A stretch of DNA of 64,000 nt from assembly GCF_006345805.1 (NCBI RefSeq), contig NC_043001.1:52638001-52702000 (forward strand), read 5' to 3'. Source of the DNA: Octopus sinensis. Lineage: Eukaryota. The position numbers and the translations under genes are program-made. Positions 40,790-55,670 of the stretch are shown here, piece after piece. Every line of letters begins with the position of its first letter. Position 1 is the first letter of the stretch. The notes beneath the pieces are model-generated. The model searched no databases. It saw only the letters and a program-made list of their open reading frames with translations, and was not told the origin of the DNA.

Positions 40790-41400
40790 TATCATATTCT
40801 TCGCACAATTTGCGACTTCTTTTGAATATCGTGTAAAGTCGATATTGCTTGTGGAGCGCACATCGCGAAGTAAGTGTTTGCTTCTTCTCTTATAAATACT
40901 ATGACTATAATGTCATCACTAAACGCATGCAATGCTGAGATAAATGCATTCTGATCTTCACTCAATCGGAGCATCATTTTACACCGCTCAATGACTATTC
41001 TATGACCATTGCAACCATGTGGAGAAATGGTAACCCACCCTCATGATATCTATCAGAAACATCATAATCTCTTTTACGATCATTCTATTAAGGATCTCTG
41101 CTTTCTTAGTTTATGGAACGAATCCCCCGAAGCTCATAGAATGATAACGTCCTCTCTTTCTTATGCTCCTTCAAACCCTTACATCTTTACCTGTTCTGTA
41201 CAGCAGTTCTTTCACTTCACAATTAATCGGACAGTATTTGTACATCACATAGGATATACTTTTGTTACCTGGGGCACATTTGAATGTCACTTTCTTCACA
41301 AACACGTTCACGTCTAAGACCCGAATATTCGACCTTGACGACACTTACAAGTGGGAGCAATTCAGCAGTAGTCTGGAGAGAGATGTCAAGACGGAGGACC
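40790..41400 (-). pseudogene. Decayed non-LTR RT fragment
   Basis: SALHAFSDDIIVIV (F/YADD-like) and KCAPG...YKYCP (RT domain 0-like). Confidence 0.45.
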
Positions 41401-42653
41401 GATCACTTATTAGGAAATGCGGGATTAAATTCTTTAGATAATTTTAATATAGCGTATCTACTTTATCAATTGAGTTTTTTTTTCAAGAACATAAATAGGA
41501 TGCGAGTTAGAAGATTAATAACTCTTCGTTTTCAGTTTCCCTTATGCGTTATTGATAAAAGTAAAATTTTCCACACGCAAAAGAAAACTATCTTACTTTC
41601 TTGCTCAACATACACATTTACAATATGAATGAATCATTCAAAATACAGCCAAAATACCGCCTAGATTTACCTTGGATTTCAACTAAGGACCTGTTTTATT
41701 TTATTTAAATAACAAACTTTGTCTAGCTCCAGCTTTGCTTATTTCTTTGTAAATTACATGTACATGTATATGTTATAAATAGACAGACAATTTTCTATAT
41801 GCAACCTATATCTTATTTGCTTTCCTACTCACAAGGTATTTTTATTCTATACAGTTAGCATAGCAGAAGGTTGAATCTGTGCCCCTGTTGTAAATGGGGT
41901 CAATAACAACCTGGCAACATGAGGTGTCTTGGTTGAATTTATATTCATCAAGTACAGAAACAGTAAAACAGACACAGAAACAAAAAGTCGAAAAGCACGA
42001 AATATACTACAAAGTCACTGCTTAACGAAAGACGTTCAACTGCAAAAGCAAAAGTAAAAAAAAATGTAATTCAGTATCAACAGAGAAACTGAAGGTGTGA
42101 TGCTGATAATGTTAAAAGGAAATGTCTTTGATCAGATAACAGGTATTTCGTCGTGTAACTGTATGAGTAAAGCAAAATTAATTTTATATACATAAAAATA
42201 TATTGCTTATCTCTGTGCGAAAATATAATACACATTCCTAAATACACACATGGTAGTCAGATATTTCTCCAGACATATAATTTATTTATGCATGGAATCA
42301 ACTTAATCATTTTCTCAAGATTACCTTGTAGTATTATTTTACTAGGACTAAGTTATTTCTACAAGCTTACGTTTGCAAGATTTTTTACCTCGGGAAGTAG
42401 CGTTAAAGCGATTACTGATGAACTTTTAATACGAGACGAAACAAGGTACTAAATAACCTATAATTGTATAATGATGCCAATTATCGCAATGGGGCTAAAT
42501 ATCTTTTCTGTTAATTATATGATTCTATATGATCTTTGGTGTCGCTGTCTTATTCTCTGACTGCCAACCAGTCTCTATCTCCCCCTCTCTCTATATATAA
42601 ATTTATTATTTTTATCAATCCTCCGATCTCTTTCTGTCTCTCTCTGTATATCT

Positions 42654-42733
<80 letters not shown>

Positions 42734-42759
42734 GCATCCCTGTATTGACTAGTCATCGT

Positions 42760-42977
42760 GTATCAATATGCACCACAGCTCACATTGTGCTTCCTCGAAT
42801 GGTACCGGCACTGTGGAATGTTGGGAAAACCAATATTCTCCGTAAAGGAAAACAAGTCGGTTATAGGTTTACAAATTCATACCTGAGTAGATTGAAGTAC
42901 TACCTGTCTGGGAATCAAAACCAGAATCTAGCGATCGTGAGTGCAACACTCTAACCTACTGGACACAAGGATTTGCC

Positions 42978-42978
<1 letters not shown>
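42760..42978 (-). mobile_element. tRNA-derived SINE relic
   Basis: Reverse complement has tagggtt/agagtgttgcactcacgatcgctagattctggttttgattccc; a similar piece lies at 20275-20330. Confidence 0.6.
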
Positions 42979-43008
<30 letters not shown>

Positions 43009-43235
43009 ATATATAAATACATATACATATATATATATATGTGTGTGTGTGTGTTTTTGAGTGTGTGTATGTGCGTGCGTGCGTACGTGTGTGTGTGCAT
43101 ATATATAATGTTTTAATATTTGCGTTTTTGAATACTTAAGATCCTTGTTTGCCACTGTAATATAAACACACATATATATATATATATATATAAATACATA
43201 TACATATATATATATACACATACACAACACACACA

Positions 43236-43267
<32 letters not shown>

Positions 43268-43281
43268 ACACACACACACAC

Positions 43282-43352
<71 letters not shown>

Positions 43353-44790
43353 CAACATATACACACACGCACACACACACGCATGTACATATGTTGGTGG
43401 GCAGCAGAGAAATTGCGTTTTGAAGAAATTATTGTTTACTTCATAATCAAATTCTATGTTTACTTCATAATCTTAAGTATAATGCTTTGGAATTTGAAGA
43501 ATTTTCAAATGCGTTGCATATACATGGGTAATTGGAGTATTTCCAATTTCGATTTTGCCTCATGAGGTTTCACTAGTCTGCAAACGTTACCCAGGTTATG
43601 AAAAATTATTATGGAATGCACACATAAGCTAATGTAAACATTTAGGAAGGTTGGCAATTTCTATTTCCCTTACATCAGTATACGAAGGTATATTAGTGCA
43701 AGGTCTGCAGTGCAGATCGTGCATATATTTGGATAACAAATGTGCGTGCATGTGCTAAAAGAATATCGAAAAAACTCGTTTATATATGTGAAAATGTTAC
43801 ATGTGTATGTGTAGGGGAACGAACTATACTAAATTTAAAAGTAAACGTCTTGAACACATGGAAAGAAACTTTATCTCCTTGCCAACTCACACATCAGTTT
43901 AAATTGCAAAACATATTTTCACCAACCCATATATATGCAGCTCATATAATCTAATCTTTATTCTATTCGTACCAACATATTGCCATAAATGAAAGGCTTA
44001 ACTTGGGAGTAATAACATAAAATGTGGTTCACGGAAATTCCAGTTGTAATTAATTCAATAGCTAATAATGTGCCCGCGCCAATATATAGGCTTCTTCATA
44101 AGGCACTAAATTGGGTCGACACTTTTGAAGTTAAAACCCGAAGGTTATTAATTCATAACAGGAATTTCCGCTTCCACAGTAATACAGATACCCTTTACAT
44201 AAAGCAAAAACAAAACGACAGAGTCTAAACTTCAGCACAGTCAGTCTTTCCATGGAAACCTTAGAAAATATCTACTAAGCGTTAAATGTTGAAACGCTGC
44301 CGTGCATTACAGCCGCATATGTAAGAGAGAAGACGTCATTAAAATTGTAAAAAAACCCAACTCATTTCAGAGGATTCGCTGACTGTTAACCACATGTATA
44401 CAAGCAGAGAACAACACGTCATTAAAATATAAGCATTATACTTATAAGAAAAATCTCTCTGCATTGCGACATTGGTAGAAATATTCAAGATGCCCACAAC
44501 ATATATATTCAGCCACTCATAGTGAGACTGGTTGTATATAATGACTGCAAGTGCATATTCATTCAAATATATTTGGGTCTGTATGTACGTACGTATGAAT
44601 GTGTGTGTATTTATGAGTATGTATATATTGATATATTCTCTCTCTCCCTCTTTCACTCTCTCTCTCTCTCTCACTATATATATTCAATATATATAAACAC
44701 AATATTATGTTATTTATATATATATATATTTATATACCCAATATAAATATATGTATATATACACACACACACATACACACACACACACAC

Positions 44791-44868
<78 letters not shown>

Positions 44869-45871
44869 GCATACATATATAAATACATAAAAAGTCATTT
44901 AAAATTATTTAATTAGGGTAAGGTGAATCTTACAGCCTTTTCTGGGATAACACAAGTGGTAGGTTAGTATGTCCACGCCCTGGGTATTCTGTCATCAGAG
45001 ACATGGTGATGAATATTCTCGACATGGAAGTTTACAGTTTACAAGGAATAAAATTCACAGTTTATAAGGAATGAAATAAAAGTATAAAGGAGTGAATTGA
45101 AGAACAAAATGTTCTGGTAGCCAGACGAATATAGGCAAGAGAATAATGTTCAGTACTCATCTTTTTCCAGAAGATATGGATGTTGGTCAGTACTTCCATG
45201 AAAAATCAGGTCCTTAGTTTAAAACCAAGGTAAATCGAGGTGGTATTGTGGCAGCATTTTAAATGATTTATTCATTTGTAAATGTGTATGTTGAGCGAGA
45301 AAGTAAGATAGACATAAATGGGTTTTGTGAGTGGGTGTAAATAGAAGAGAAAGGAGGAAGACAGGAAAGAGAGAGAGAGAGAGAGGAGAAAGTGAGAGAG
45401 GAGAGGGAGAGGAGAAAGAGAGACAGGAGAGAGGAGAAAGGAATTAAGGTAACAGTAGAATGTGGGGTAAAGGGGCAAAATAAGAATAAAATTAAAAATA
45501 AAAGTAAAGTAAAGGTAACTATCGAAATACGTCTGTATAGCATTGGGCTAAGAGGTCAAACGTTAAAGTTTCAGTAAAGAGGGAGTAGAAGGCCACTCTA
45601 GCTAAGGTTGCAAAGAGCAATAGTATAGTGGTTTGTACGGATATTTAAAATTATATTTCATGCTTAATAGCAATTAAACGATACGAGATAAAGGATTAAG
45701 GATTAAAGTGAAAACCTAAAATTCCCAACGCAGAAAAATAAAACCTAAAGTTACAAAAACTAAAAATTATCCAATTGAAACTAGCTAGCTTCTAAGATAC
45801 TTATGTTGATAGAGAGGTAGAGGAAAAAGAAAGCGTACACATACGCACACACACACACAAACATATATATA

Positions 45872-46957
45872 TATTAAAGATTAAAGGTTGAATGTTTTAT
45901 ATATATACATATATGGATGTATGTGTCTATCAACATCTATATTAATATATATATGAGGGGATCAATTATTTAATACATATTTTCCTTAGCTTAAATTCGT
46001 TGTACACTGGAAATACACTTGGTACTTTACAGTATTCTCCGATATAATGATTCAGTGATAATGTTTACCTTGCTAAAGCATTGGACTCAGTTGTGTTATT
46101 AAGAGTTTAAGGCAGTCACATCTGATTGTCGTTGCTTGTGTCTTATATTAATCATGTTCATTGAGATGGTTTTTAAAGCATTCCAAAATTCCTTTAAAAT
46201 ATCATGATTTTGACCCACACTTGAGATATATGCAAGAACGTTCGGAGGATTTGAAAATGACGATCATCCCTTATGGATATATATATATATATATATACAT
46301 ACATAGATACACGTACATATACACATATACATGAATATATACATATATATATATATATACATATATATTTGTATGTATGTATGAATGTATGTATGTATGT
46401 ATGTATGTATGTATGTATGTATGTATGTATATTGCAACGACCATGGATGGAAGTTATTATGCGTGTTGAATTTGTTTGCATTTGGATATATGGAAGAATG
46501 TAAAGGTGTGATAGAACCTATCACATGTAGAAAAATCTTCTTGTTTATTTAGTAATTGTGGTGAATTATGCATTAATATATAGAAGGTTTCTTTTAGGCA
46601 TAATCTACAAGTGGATCGTTAGCGTTGGTATGGGAACAGGAATCTATTATGGCCTAAGATATCCTTTCATTTTATTAGATGATTTACCTAGAGAGGCAGA
46701 TTTGCTATACTACTCGTACTTAAATGAGTTTATATGCGCCAAATATCTCCGTTTAACATTAACAGTAGAACCGATATAATAGTTAGTAGAATTATGCAAT
46801 ATGTTGTGGACCGTGTATTTTTATACTACGTTAAACCTTCTGCAGTGGGCTCTCAATAGGCGTTCGAGTGTTATTAGTGGAAAGGTAAGATGTAGTACTA
46901 TTTATAGAGAAATTAAAATTAAAGGTGTTATTAGGGATTGGCTCTTATTATTATTGA

Positions 46958-46997
<40 letters not shown>

Positions 46998-47728
46998 AGT
47001 TCTAGTAGTGATGATACTATTATTTTTAATCATATTATTATTAGCATTAGTGGTGGTAGAGGTCGCATGAGGGTTATTAATATTAGTGTTTGTGGTGGTG
47101 TTATAAGTATCAACATTCGCCTCAGCTACATTTCGGCCTTCATAGGAAGCGTGTGTCTAGCGCTAGGATTGCAGGTGAAGTATATGCCATCGATATCGGT
47201 ATTTGTGCTTTCGTGACTTTGGCATATGATTATATATATTCAGGTAGTAGAAAAAAGTTTACGTTTATTGGAAGAGGGAACAATAGATTATATATTGGGC
47301 GGAGAAGAGTAGAATATTTTAAGGTCATGTCTATTAAAGATTAAAGGTTGAATGTTTTATATATATATACATATATGGATGTATGTGTCTATCAATATCT
47401 ATATTAATATATATATGAGGGGATCAATTATTTAATACATATTTTCCTTAGCTTAAATTCGTTGTACACTGGAAATACAGTTGGTACTTTACAGTATTCT
47501 CCGATATAATGATTCAGTGATAATGTTTACCTTGCTAAAGCATTAGACTCAGTTGTGTTATTAAGAGTTTAAGGCAGTCACATCTGATTGTCGTTGCTTG
47601 TGTCTTATATTAATCATGTTCATTGAGATGGTTTTTAAAGCATTCCAAAATTCCTTTAAAATATCATGATTTTGACCCACACTTGAGATATATGCAAGAA
47701 CGTTCGAAGGATTTGAAAATGACGATCA
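45872..47728 (+). repeat. ~395-bp direct duplication (45872-46266 / 47332-47728)
   Basis: About 4 substitutions and one TA-unit difference by eye. Confidence 0.9.
46432..47345 (-). pseudogene. Decayed PLE linker/EN fragment
   Basis: FNRHDLKIFYSSPPNI matches the FNR..K.SYS..PN motif (cf. 57080-57135), followed by an (AAT)-rich linker and TCDRFY...YPNANKFNT (EN-like). Confidence 0.55.
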
Positions 47729-47828
47729 AAATTATAATTTCGGAGAAACTATGTACAGCTGAGTCAATTTAATAAATACTGTTTTTCATGTGCATAGTGT
47801 TTTATATATTTTCGAGCTAACACGGTCA

Positions 47829-47896
47829 TTCAAGTTGTGTAACCTTAGTTACTAAAGACATCGATGTCTTTAGTAACTAGGGTTACACAACTTGAA
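47829..47896. repeat. 68-bp spacerless palindrome
   Basis: ttcaagttgtgtaaccttagttactaaagacatc|gatgtctttagtaactagggttacacaacttgaa, one mismatch. Confidence 0.95.
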
Positions 47897-49589
47897 AATT
47901 TAACGGTTCATTGTATACTATTACTCAAGAAACGGAAAACCTGCGTAGAAAATTCTATAATCTCTATATAATTTTCCTCCAGATTTTTGCAGGTTACAGT
48001 TACTTGTGTACACGAGGAGGAGCATTTTGAGGCGCTAAACTCCCAAAGACTGATTTTTAATAAAAAATGAAATAATATAAAGTATGCAGATGTCGTATGA
48101 ACGGCTCAATGCATTTTTAACGTGATAGCCGAAATTAATCTATGTTCACTTATATGTCAAACGTTTATTACATTTTAAATTGAAGATTTAGGAAGCTAAA
48201 ACTCGTGCGAGTTCGAGCTACAGAACTTAAATTTGCTAGAGTGTCTGTATGTTTCCTATGCAGGTGGATTTCTCTTTAATAAGAACTATATAATTAGTGT
48301 TAAGATACCAATGAAAATTCTAATATGTTTCATTGGATCCAATTCGGTTTCACAATGACAAAACTGCATAACAAACTGTTAATGTTATATAATATTTCGA
48401 AATATCATTAGTATCAAAAGTGGCAACATGACTAATGCCTGTAGAGATATTGAATGGGATGTTAATAATCGTTTGTAGACTTACAAGTTTTGTTGGGTAG
48501 TAAGGAAACTGGATGATGTAATTATATTCATATTAAGTAAAGATTACTCCAAATGTAACACAGAAGCAGACAAAACACATTATTTCTTACAAACATTATT
48601 TCTAATAAATACCTTGTTTCTTATAAAATTTTATTTCTAATAAACCGTTAACAAAACAGTGCTACTGACGAAGAAAATGGGGAACAAATTGTAGATGCGT
48701 TCTATTGTATTTTATTTCGGAATTACCTCTTTCGATATGAATTTGTTTATGAAACAGTGGCATTTAGATGCATGAATATGTTGCTTAAAAGTATTGTTGA
48801 AAACAGTCTCATTGCAGGAAAGGATCAAGATATGCAACATTATTTTAAATAGCCTGGTAAAATATTTTCGTGGCACGAATTCGGCTATTTTAGTAGTTTA
48901 TGAAGAATTCTTGGAAACTTTACATAAATTTTAAATGTTACCTTAATATAATTGATTTCCTAGAATAAAACGTTACGTGCTTTAAAAGAATCATGTAAAT
49001 ATTTTCTAAATTTTCAGTTGCTTCGCCTGTCATAATTTTTAGTGTGTAAATAATTAAGGGACAAAACAGATTCATGAGTGAGAGTTTATGTGTGTGTGTG
49101 TGTGTGTGTTTTTGTGTGTGTGTGTGTGTGTGTGTCTAGGGGCGCCTTCTCTGAAAATCTGCTGTGCAGCACTGTCTAGGATGTCTTTACTACCATGTGC
49201 ATACATATACACATATACTCGCGTGCGCGCACATGCAGATGCATATACACACATACAGACACACACACACATATATAAATACATACATACACACATACAT
49301 ATACATATATACAAACATTTGTCAACATACAAATACACGTTCGCCATACTTCTGAAGAGGATCATTTAACATGCCTTAACAATTCCACTGGAACATATTG
49401 TGTTACACTCAGCTATGACGTCATCCACAAATAATGCATGAATGTGGTTACGAACAAGTTATGGTACGCTAGAAACAGCTGTAGATATAAGGCCGTTTGT
49501 TTTAATTTTTTCTTTTATTCTTTTATCCTCTATCACTATTTTGTATTCTATGTACATACGGCTACACGTGTTTGTTTCTACTTGTCATT

Positions 49590-49644
<55 letters not shown>

Positions 49645-50046
49645 TATATGAGTGGTGTAATTTACCATCTAGAAATAGAAATGAATGGATCAATTAGGAA
49701 TAAACTGAGATTTAAAATGCGTCAGATACATTACATGGCGCATATGCCGCTACGAAATTACAAACGCTTGAATGTCGAGGAGAAAATTACAAAGAATGAT
49801 GGTTTATAGATAGTGACATATCTATTCATCTCAATACTTTGTGAAAGATACGAACATGAATATCTGATCCCAGTTTTTTCCCCACCGGAGGAAGCTTCCT
49901 TCCTATGTGCAATATGGAGGCATAACATACGTCATTCATTGATTTTTATCTGTTTGGCTGATATCTGCACGCCTCAGCAAATAATCTGTATGCTGAGTTC
50001 CCAAAACAATATATACATATATACAGATACACACACACACACACAC

Positions 50047-50079
<33 letters not shown>

Positions 50080-50492
50080 CACACACAACACACACACACA
50101 CACAGAAACACAACATATATATAGTTAAACCAAACATGAAAACACAAAGAGAAAACACAACAACGCGAGGACGTGGAACAAGTATAGTATTATTGGACAC
50201 TCAGGAAAGAAGGAAAGATGTTTCAAGCGGAGCGCTTCGTCAGAAACATAGGAAAAGGAAAGATCCAAAGAAGAGAAGACGGAGGAAAAAAATCGCCAAC
50301 GGTACACACGCGGTCACATTTTGAAAATATATATATATATATATAAACATATATAAAGTACGTGGGTTTATTTCACAGGTGGGCTAAACAACTACGTACG
50401 CTAATACATTCTGTAACGAATTGCAAGGGTTCCAAGGCTATAGCCGCGACAGTAGTTTTAAAGCCAGTGTAGATTTCCGATGTAGCGGATAT

Positions 50493-51789
50493 ATAATTGT
50501 TAAAGAGGTCAAGAAATGTTAAGGCAAGTAAATATCTCAAGTAATATACGTTGCTATTATTGGAAAATTTCAGTTTTACACCTCTCTCTGGGATATGGCA
50601 GGTGTATGGGTTATTCCGTCATCGGAGACAAAAAGGGAGAAGGAGAATGGTAAAGAGTAATGAAATGACGACACAGAGGGCAGGAGAAAAGGAATAAGGA
50701 GAAGAAGAAAGAGAAGATAAAAGAAGCTTAAAAAGTACACACATCTCAACTTCCCGATCATGTAGAAGTAGGACTTATGTGCAGTAATCCTGTGTAAATC
50801 CACGTAGGATGAAGTCCTAATAGTGTAACTTTCCAGAAATAGACACGAACGTATCAACTTTCAGTAGCAGAATGGCAGAGGATGTGGCTATTAAATTGCA
50901 AGAAGAAAGAAAAATATATAAATAGAAAGTGACATAGAGAGAGTGAGGGAGGAAATTAAGAACTAGCACTAAGAATAAAATAAGGTATATAAGGTCGTAG
51001 TCTATCAGAATAACCAAGAAGATAAATAAAGAAATAAATATATAAGGGTAAATAAGAAGGGAGGAGAAGAAGTTAAAGGAATATAATTTTTTAAAATGGT
51101 AAAAGAAAGGAATTCAAAGCGAATAGTGGGTACAGACTAGAAGAATTCCGCCGGCACCCAGTATTCTCTTTGAATACCTTTCATTTTACTATTTTGTAGT
51201 TTTTTAAAAAATTATCTCCCTTTAACTTCTCCTCCTCTCACCTTATTTACCCTTCTATATCTATTTTTATATATACTATATTCTTATACACTATATCCTT
51301 ATTTTCTCCTTAGTACCAATCCTTGATTTCCTCCCTCACTCTCTCTGCCTCTCATTTCATATATTTATTTTTCTTTCTTCTTTCCATTTAATAACCACCG
51401 CCGATACCATTCTGTTATTGAACGTTGATACGTTCGCATCCATTTCTGGATATTTACACTATTAGGAATTTAACCGACATGCATTTATACAGGATTGCAC
51501 CTAAGGAGTTACGGACTTACTTCTACATGATCAGAAAGTTGAAGTGTGAACATTTATGTCTTTTTTCTTTCTTTCTCCATCTCCTAATTCAATTTCTTCT
51601 GTCCTATGTATCGTAATTTCATTACTCTATACTCTTTTCATTTTCCTTATTTTTCCCCAATAACGGAATATCCCATTCTCTGGGATATCCCAGAGAGAGC
51701 TGTAGGACTGAATTTTTCCAATAATAATAACGTATATGACTTGAGATATTTGTCTTGACTTAACGTTTGTTGTCATCTTTAACAATTAT
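50493..51789. mobile_element. Old ~650-bp-arm inverted repeat, PLE-terminus-like
   Basis: Arms 50493-51132 / 51153-51789 are clearly homologous but diverged (both translate IRSxxFL..YTIR..LxRI..YFYMI.KL.C); each arm has a decayed HHR-like tract near its outer end. Confidence 0.75.
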
Positions 51790-51935
51790 GTACATACACA
51801 CATACTCACACACATATATATATATATATATAAATACACATACATTCACACACACACACATATATATATATACATATATACATATATACATATATATGTA
51901 TACGTATATATGTGTATATATATGTATGTATATAT

Positions 51936-51992
<57 letters not shown>

Positions 51993-53951
51993 ATATATGT
52001 ATGTATGCATGTATGTATATAAATTTAATAAAGTATTATTACCATTACTAACATAAAAATAATGATAAGGTGGGTGCAGCATGGGCGCAGTCTAATGACT
52101 GAAACAAGTAAAAGATAAGAGGTACAAAAACAACATTACTCACATAGAAAAAACATAAATTAAAATGTCTTTAATAGTTATCCCCACTGTGTATGACTCA
52201 GGCAACACAATGACATTCTGTCCACATTTTCATTTTTTATATTCTTTTTCTTTCCTGACTGTAATATATATGTCCTGGATTTCCAAATCTATGAGTCACG
52301 TGATATAATTACAAATTTCGCATCGTGTTCTTTAACTATTAAAAATGTTACTACATACAACTTTAGAATTTCTGCAATATAAATATAACATAACATTATT
52401 TATATTTCACCACATTCTCTTTATTCCTAACAATTTTGTCAACATTGTACGTTATACTCTTAAATCGACATATTCCTGCCTTGAAAAGAAAGCAATATGA
52501 CTCATAAAAATTTTAATGCACTGTTTTTGAAAGTCGAGGAATTTGCTATGAGGTCACGATTGATATTTCCGAGAAATTTACAGATAAAATGGGAAAGAAA
52601 TATATTTGTATGGACATAGTTATGCATTTGTTACGAATTTCTTCTCTATAAATCAGTCAAAATACTTCTTCTGATGCTATGAATATTCTATTTACAGTTT
52701 AATATTCACGTTTATGATGGTATGTTGCTGTATAAAAATATCTATCACTGCATTTATATTAATATATCAGGTTACGAAATTTTGACATTTGGATGGGTGA
52801 AACATACTAAAGTTTTTTCCAGTAGCTCTTGTAAAGTTTTGAAATTCTAAGTTCAATGAATTTTTTTTCGATGAGAAAACATCCTGGAACTATATGTGTT
52901 GCATTTAGAAGATGAGATGTTTATCTCCAGTAACAAAATTTACATTTATCTTCCTTTTGTTTGGGTACATGCCTTCAATACACATAAGTATTATATTGCA
53001 ATTCTTCATAACAAGTATCTTCTAAACCACATATATATAGTATGAATTTCTTTAATAATCCAGAAGCAACACCTAACGTTACTGATGAATTATTGAGAAA
53101 ATATGTACAACGATGAATAAAAAAGTATTTGAATTCATTTACAACGAATTGAACTATTATTCTTGTTCGTAGCTGACTGTATTTTATAATCCTCTAGATT
53201 ATGCAACATGTGAACAGTATGAAGTGTATCAATTTTGCATCAAAATCTATCACATATAAAATAAGTAGCATATATTAATAATCTTTAACTGAATACATAC
53301 ATACATACACACATATATATATATACAGAGCGAGAGAGAGAGAGAGAGAGAAAGAAAGAGAGAGAGAGGGAGGGAGTGATGCGTGCGTGCATATACTTAA
53401 GTGTGTATTGATTTTTAATTATTGATTTTATCCGTTTCATCAATGAATATCTGCAAGCAAACATGTTTATCGATAACCAATTAATTGAATATCACCATTA
53501 TTATTGAGTTTTGATTACAACTGCTTTTGAGCTAACATATTTTACATTAATGAAGTAATCTCTCGTAAATTTACGAAAAGTTCATATTTCTCGATTTCAC
53601 CCACTGGTCATCAAGTCATAGAATTTATGAGATTAATATACACATAAATCCTGAAAAACACGCGCACACACAAACACACTTCTACATGCGTGTATCCGAA
53701 ATTTTTACCAATAAAAATTTATATACATGAAGATACTGTGCATATTCTATATATTATGTGAGCAAATGTACCTTCACCCTAAAACATAAAGTGGTTAAGG
53801 AAGCTAAATATATTCCACGGCAAAGTAAATTTGCGTAATCTAATTTCTGCTTGAAAAATTAAGCATTATACAATCAACAGATAACATTCTAGAAATGAAG
53901 CCTTCTCTCACTGCATATACAAGCAAATATTTTAAAGAAGAGCCACTATCT

Positions 53952-54078
53952 CTTCTTTTGTATTCTAGGCACATGGCCCGAAATTTTGGAGGAGGGTGCC
54001 AGTCGATGTGATCGACCCCAGTAAGCAACTGGTACTTAATTCATCGACCCCGAAAAGATGAAAGACACAGTCGACCTT
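53952..54078 (-). mobile_element. SINE family A 3' fragment
   Basis: ggcccgaaatttt...aactggtacttaattcatcgaccccgaaaagatgaaag. Confidence 0.8.
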
Positions 54079-55500
54079 GACCAATATCTACGACAGTAAT
54101 TCCTATCAGGACAAACTATCGCAGCACACAAGTATAAGAACTCCATGCCCAGAACAAAAACAAAATAATGCAAACAAATTGACCACTCAGCGATTTGCCC
54201 AAATGACAGATGGAAGGGAGAAAAACATCCAAAAGATGCCACTGAAGAGTAACGTCCCTTGATTCATTGCTTTATTCACTGGAATTCACGAAGATACCCT
54301 ACGAACGAAACGAAGCTCTGTTTCCAAATTGTAGGTGAACACCTTTCTCCATATCTTGTATAGTGAAACTGTATACACCTCTGGTAAAAAGTGATAGGAA
54401 TCAGCCATTATAAATAGAGCAGTAGCCGGTTGTCAAGAGAGGATCAAGAATCGAAGAGTTGAGAGTCGATAGTTATAGTGGTTGTGGAGCTATCAGTGAT
54501 ACTAAGACGGAAGAAATTAGTGTATTATTATTCCGGTACGGAGCGATACAACGGTATCCGATTCTTAATGATCTAGGGGAAATCTTGCATGGTGCACTGG
54601 ATTTTATTCTGTTTTCAACAGTTCCCAATTTCTTATATATTTGAATAAATGAAGATATGGAATACAAAGGGTCTCTGATATTTTCCTGTAACTTTTTCCT
54701 GCTTTCAATTGTTCAATATTTAAGTTTTTCACTGTATTTATGAGTTCTTTACTTTTCGCCATTATTACAATACTACTTTATGGTGTCTCAGTGCTGAATG
54801 AAGAAGCTAGCGTTTTGACACTTAGAAATGACAACTGATAAGATTATTGGAACAAACGAGAAGGTTCTAGTAAAAAAAAATTATTTTAACAGTGCTTTGT
54901 GGCATAGAAAATCATAAATTTATTCTGTATGAATACTCCCACCCCTAAATATTTATGATTGTATATAAATTCCTTAATTACTATAATTTATTAGTTTCTT
55001 TTGCATATTCTTAGTTTATGCATCTGTCTGCAAATATAGTACAGATGTATCCAATTTATGTTCATTAGAAATTAAATAAATAAAGAATTTTGTCTTTTAC
55101 GAATATTTATTTCCCTCCACTGTATATGTAGGTATGTACATATATATATGTATATATGTATATATGCATATATTCATATATTATTTATATTATCATATGA
55201 TCGAACGCCACGCATCCTTTTCCAAGTAAGTTTTATATTAATAATTACGATGCGCACTCTTGTATCTCTACTATCTCTTCTCTGTCAATCTCCCTCCCTC
55301 TCTTGTTCTTCCTTTCTGTTTTTTTCTCCCACCCTTCACTATTCTTCTCCTCCCCTGTTCATCGTACTATCTCTCTCTCTCACTCTTCCTCCTTGACTCT
55401 GTCGTAACGAAAGGGAACCAATCTCTCTCTCTCTCTCTCTTCTCTATATATATATATATATATATATATACGAGAAAAAAGCAACAAGAATGGATTAGTT

Positions 55501-55591
55501 TTTCAGTACGATTGTTTCATACGAAGACAAGCTTTATTAAAAGCTGCAAATATTGCAGCAAATACAAGTGTCCCGTACTCATCAGCCAAAA
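55501..55591 (-). ncRNA. Type I hammerhead motif in the inverted 5' pLTR
   Basis: ttttgg-CTGATGA-gtacg...cgtat-GAAA-caatcg-TA-ctgaaa. Confidence 0.7.
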
Positions 55592-55670
55592 CACATATGA
55601 GTTCTCCAAGCATTCTAGTGGGTGAGGCTACACTCATGAAATATCGGAGATAGCTCTATAAAAAGCAAAC

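Noticed and set aside
54270-54700. Minus-strand terminal-exon-like stretch (ENIRDPLYSISS...PCKISPRSL..GYRC) with acceptor and AATAAA
   Set aside because: Multiple stops and no recognisable domain; cannot be supported by eye.
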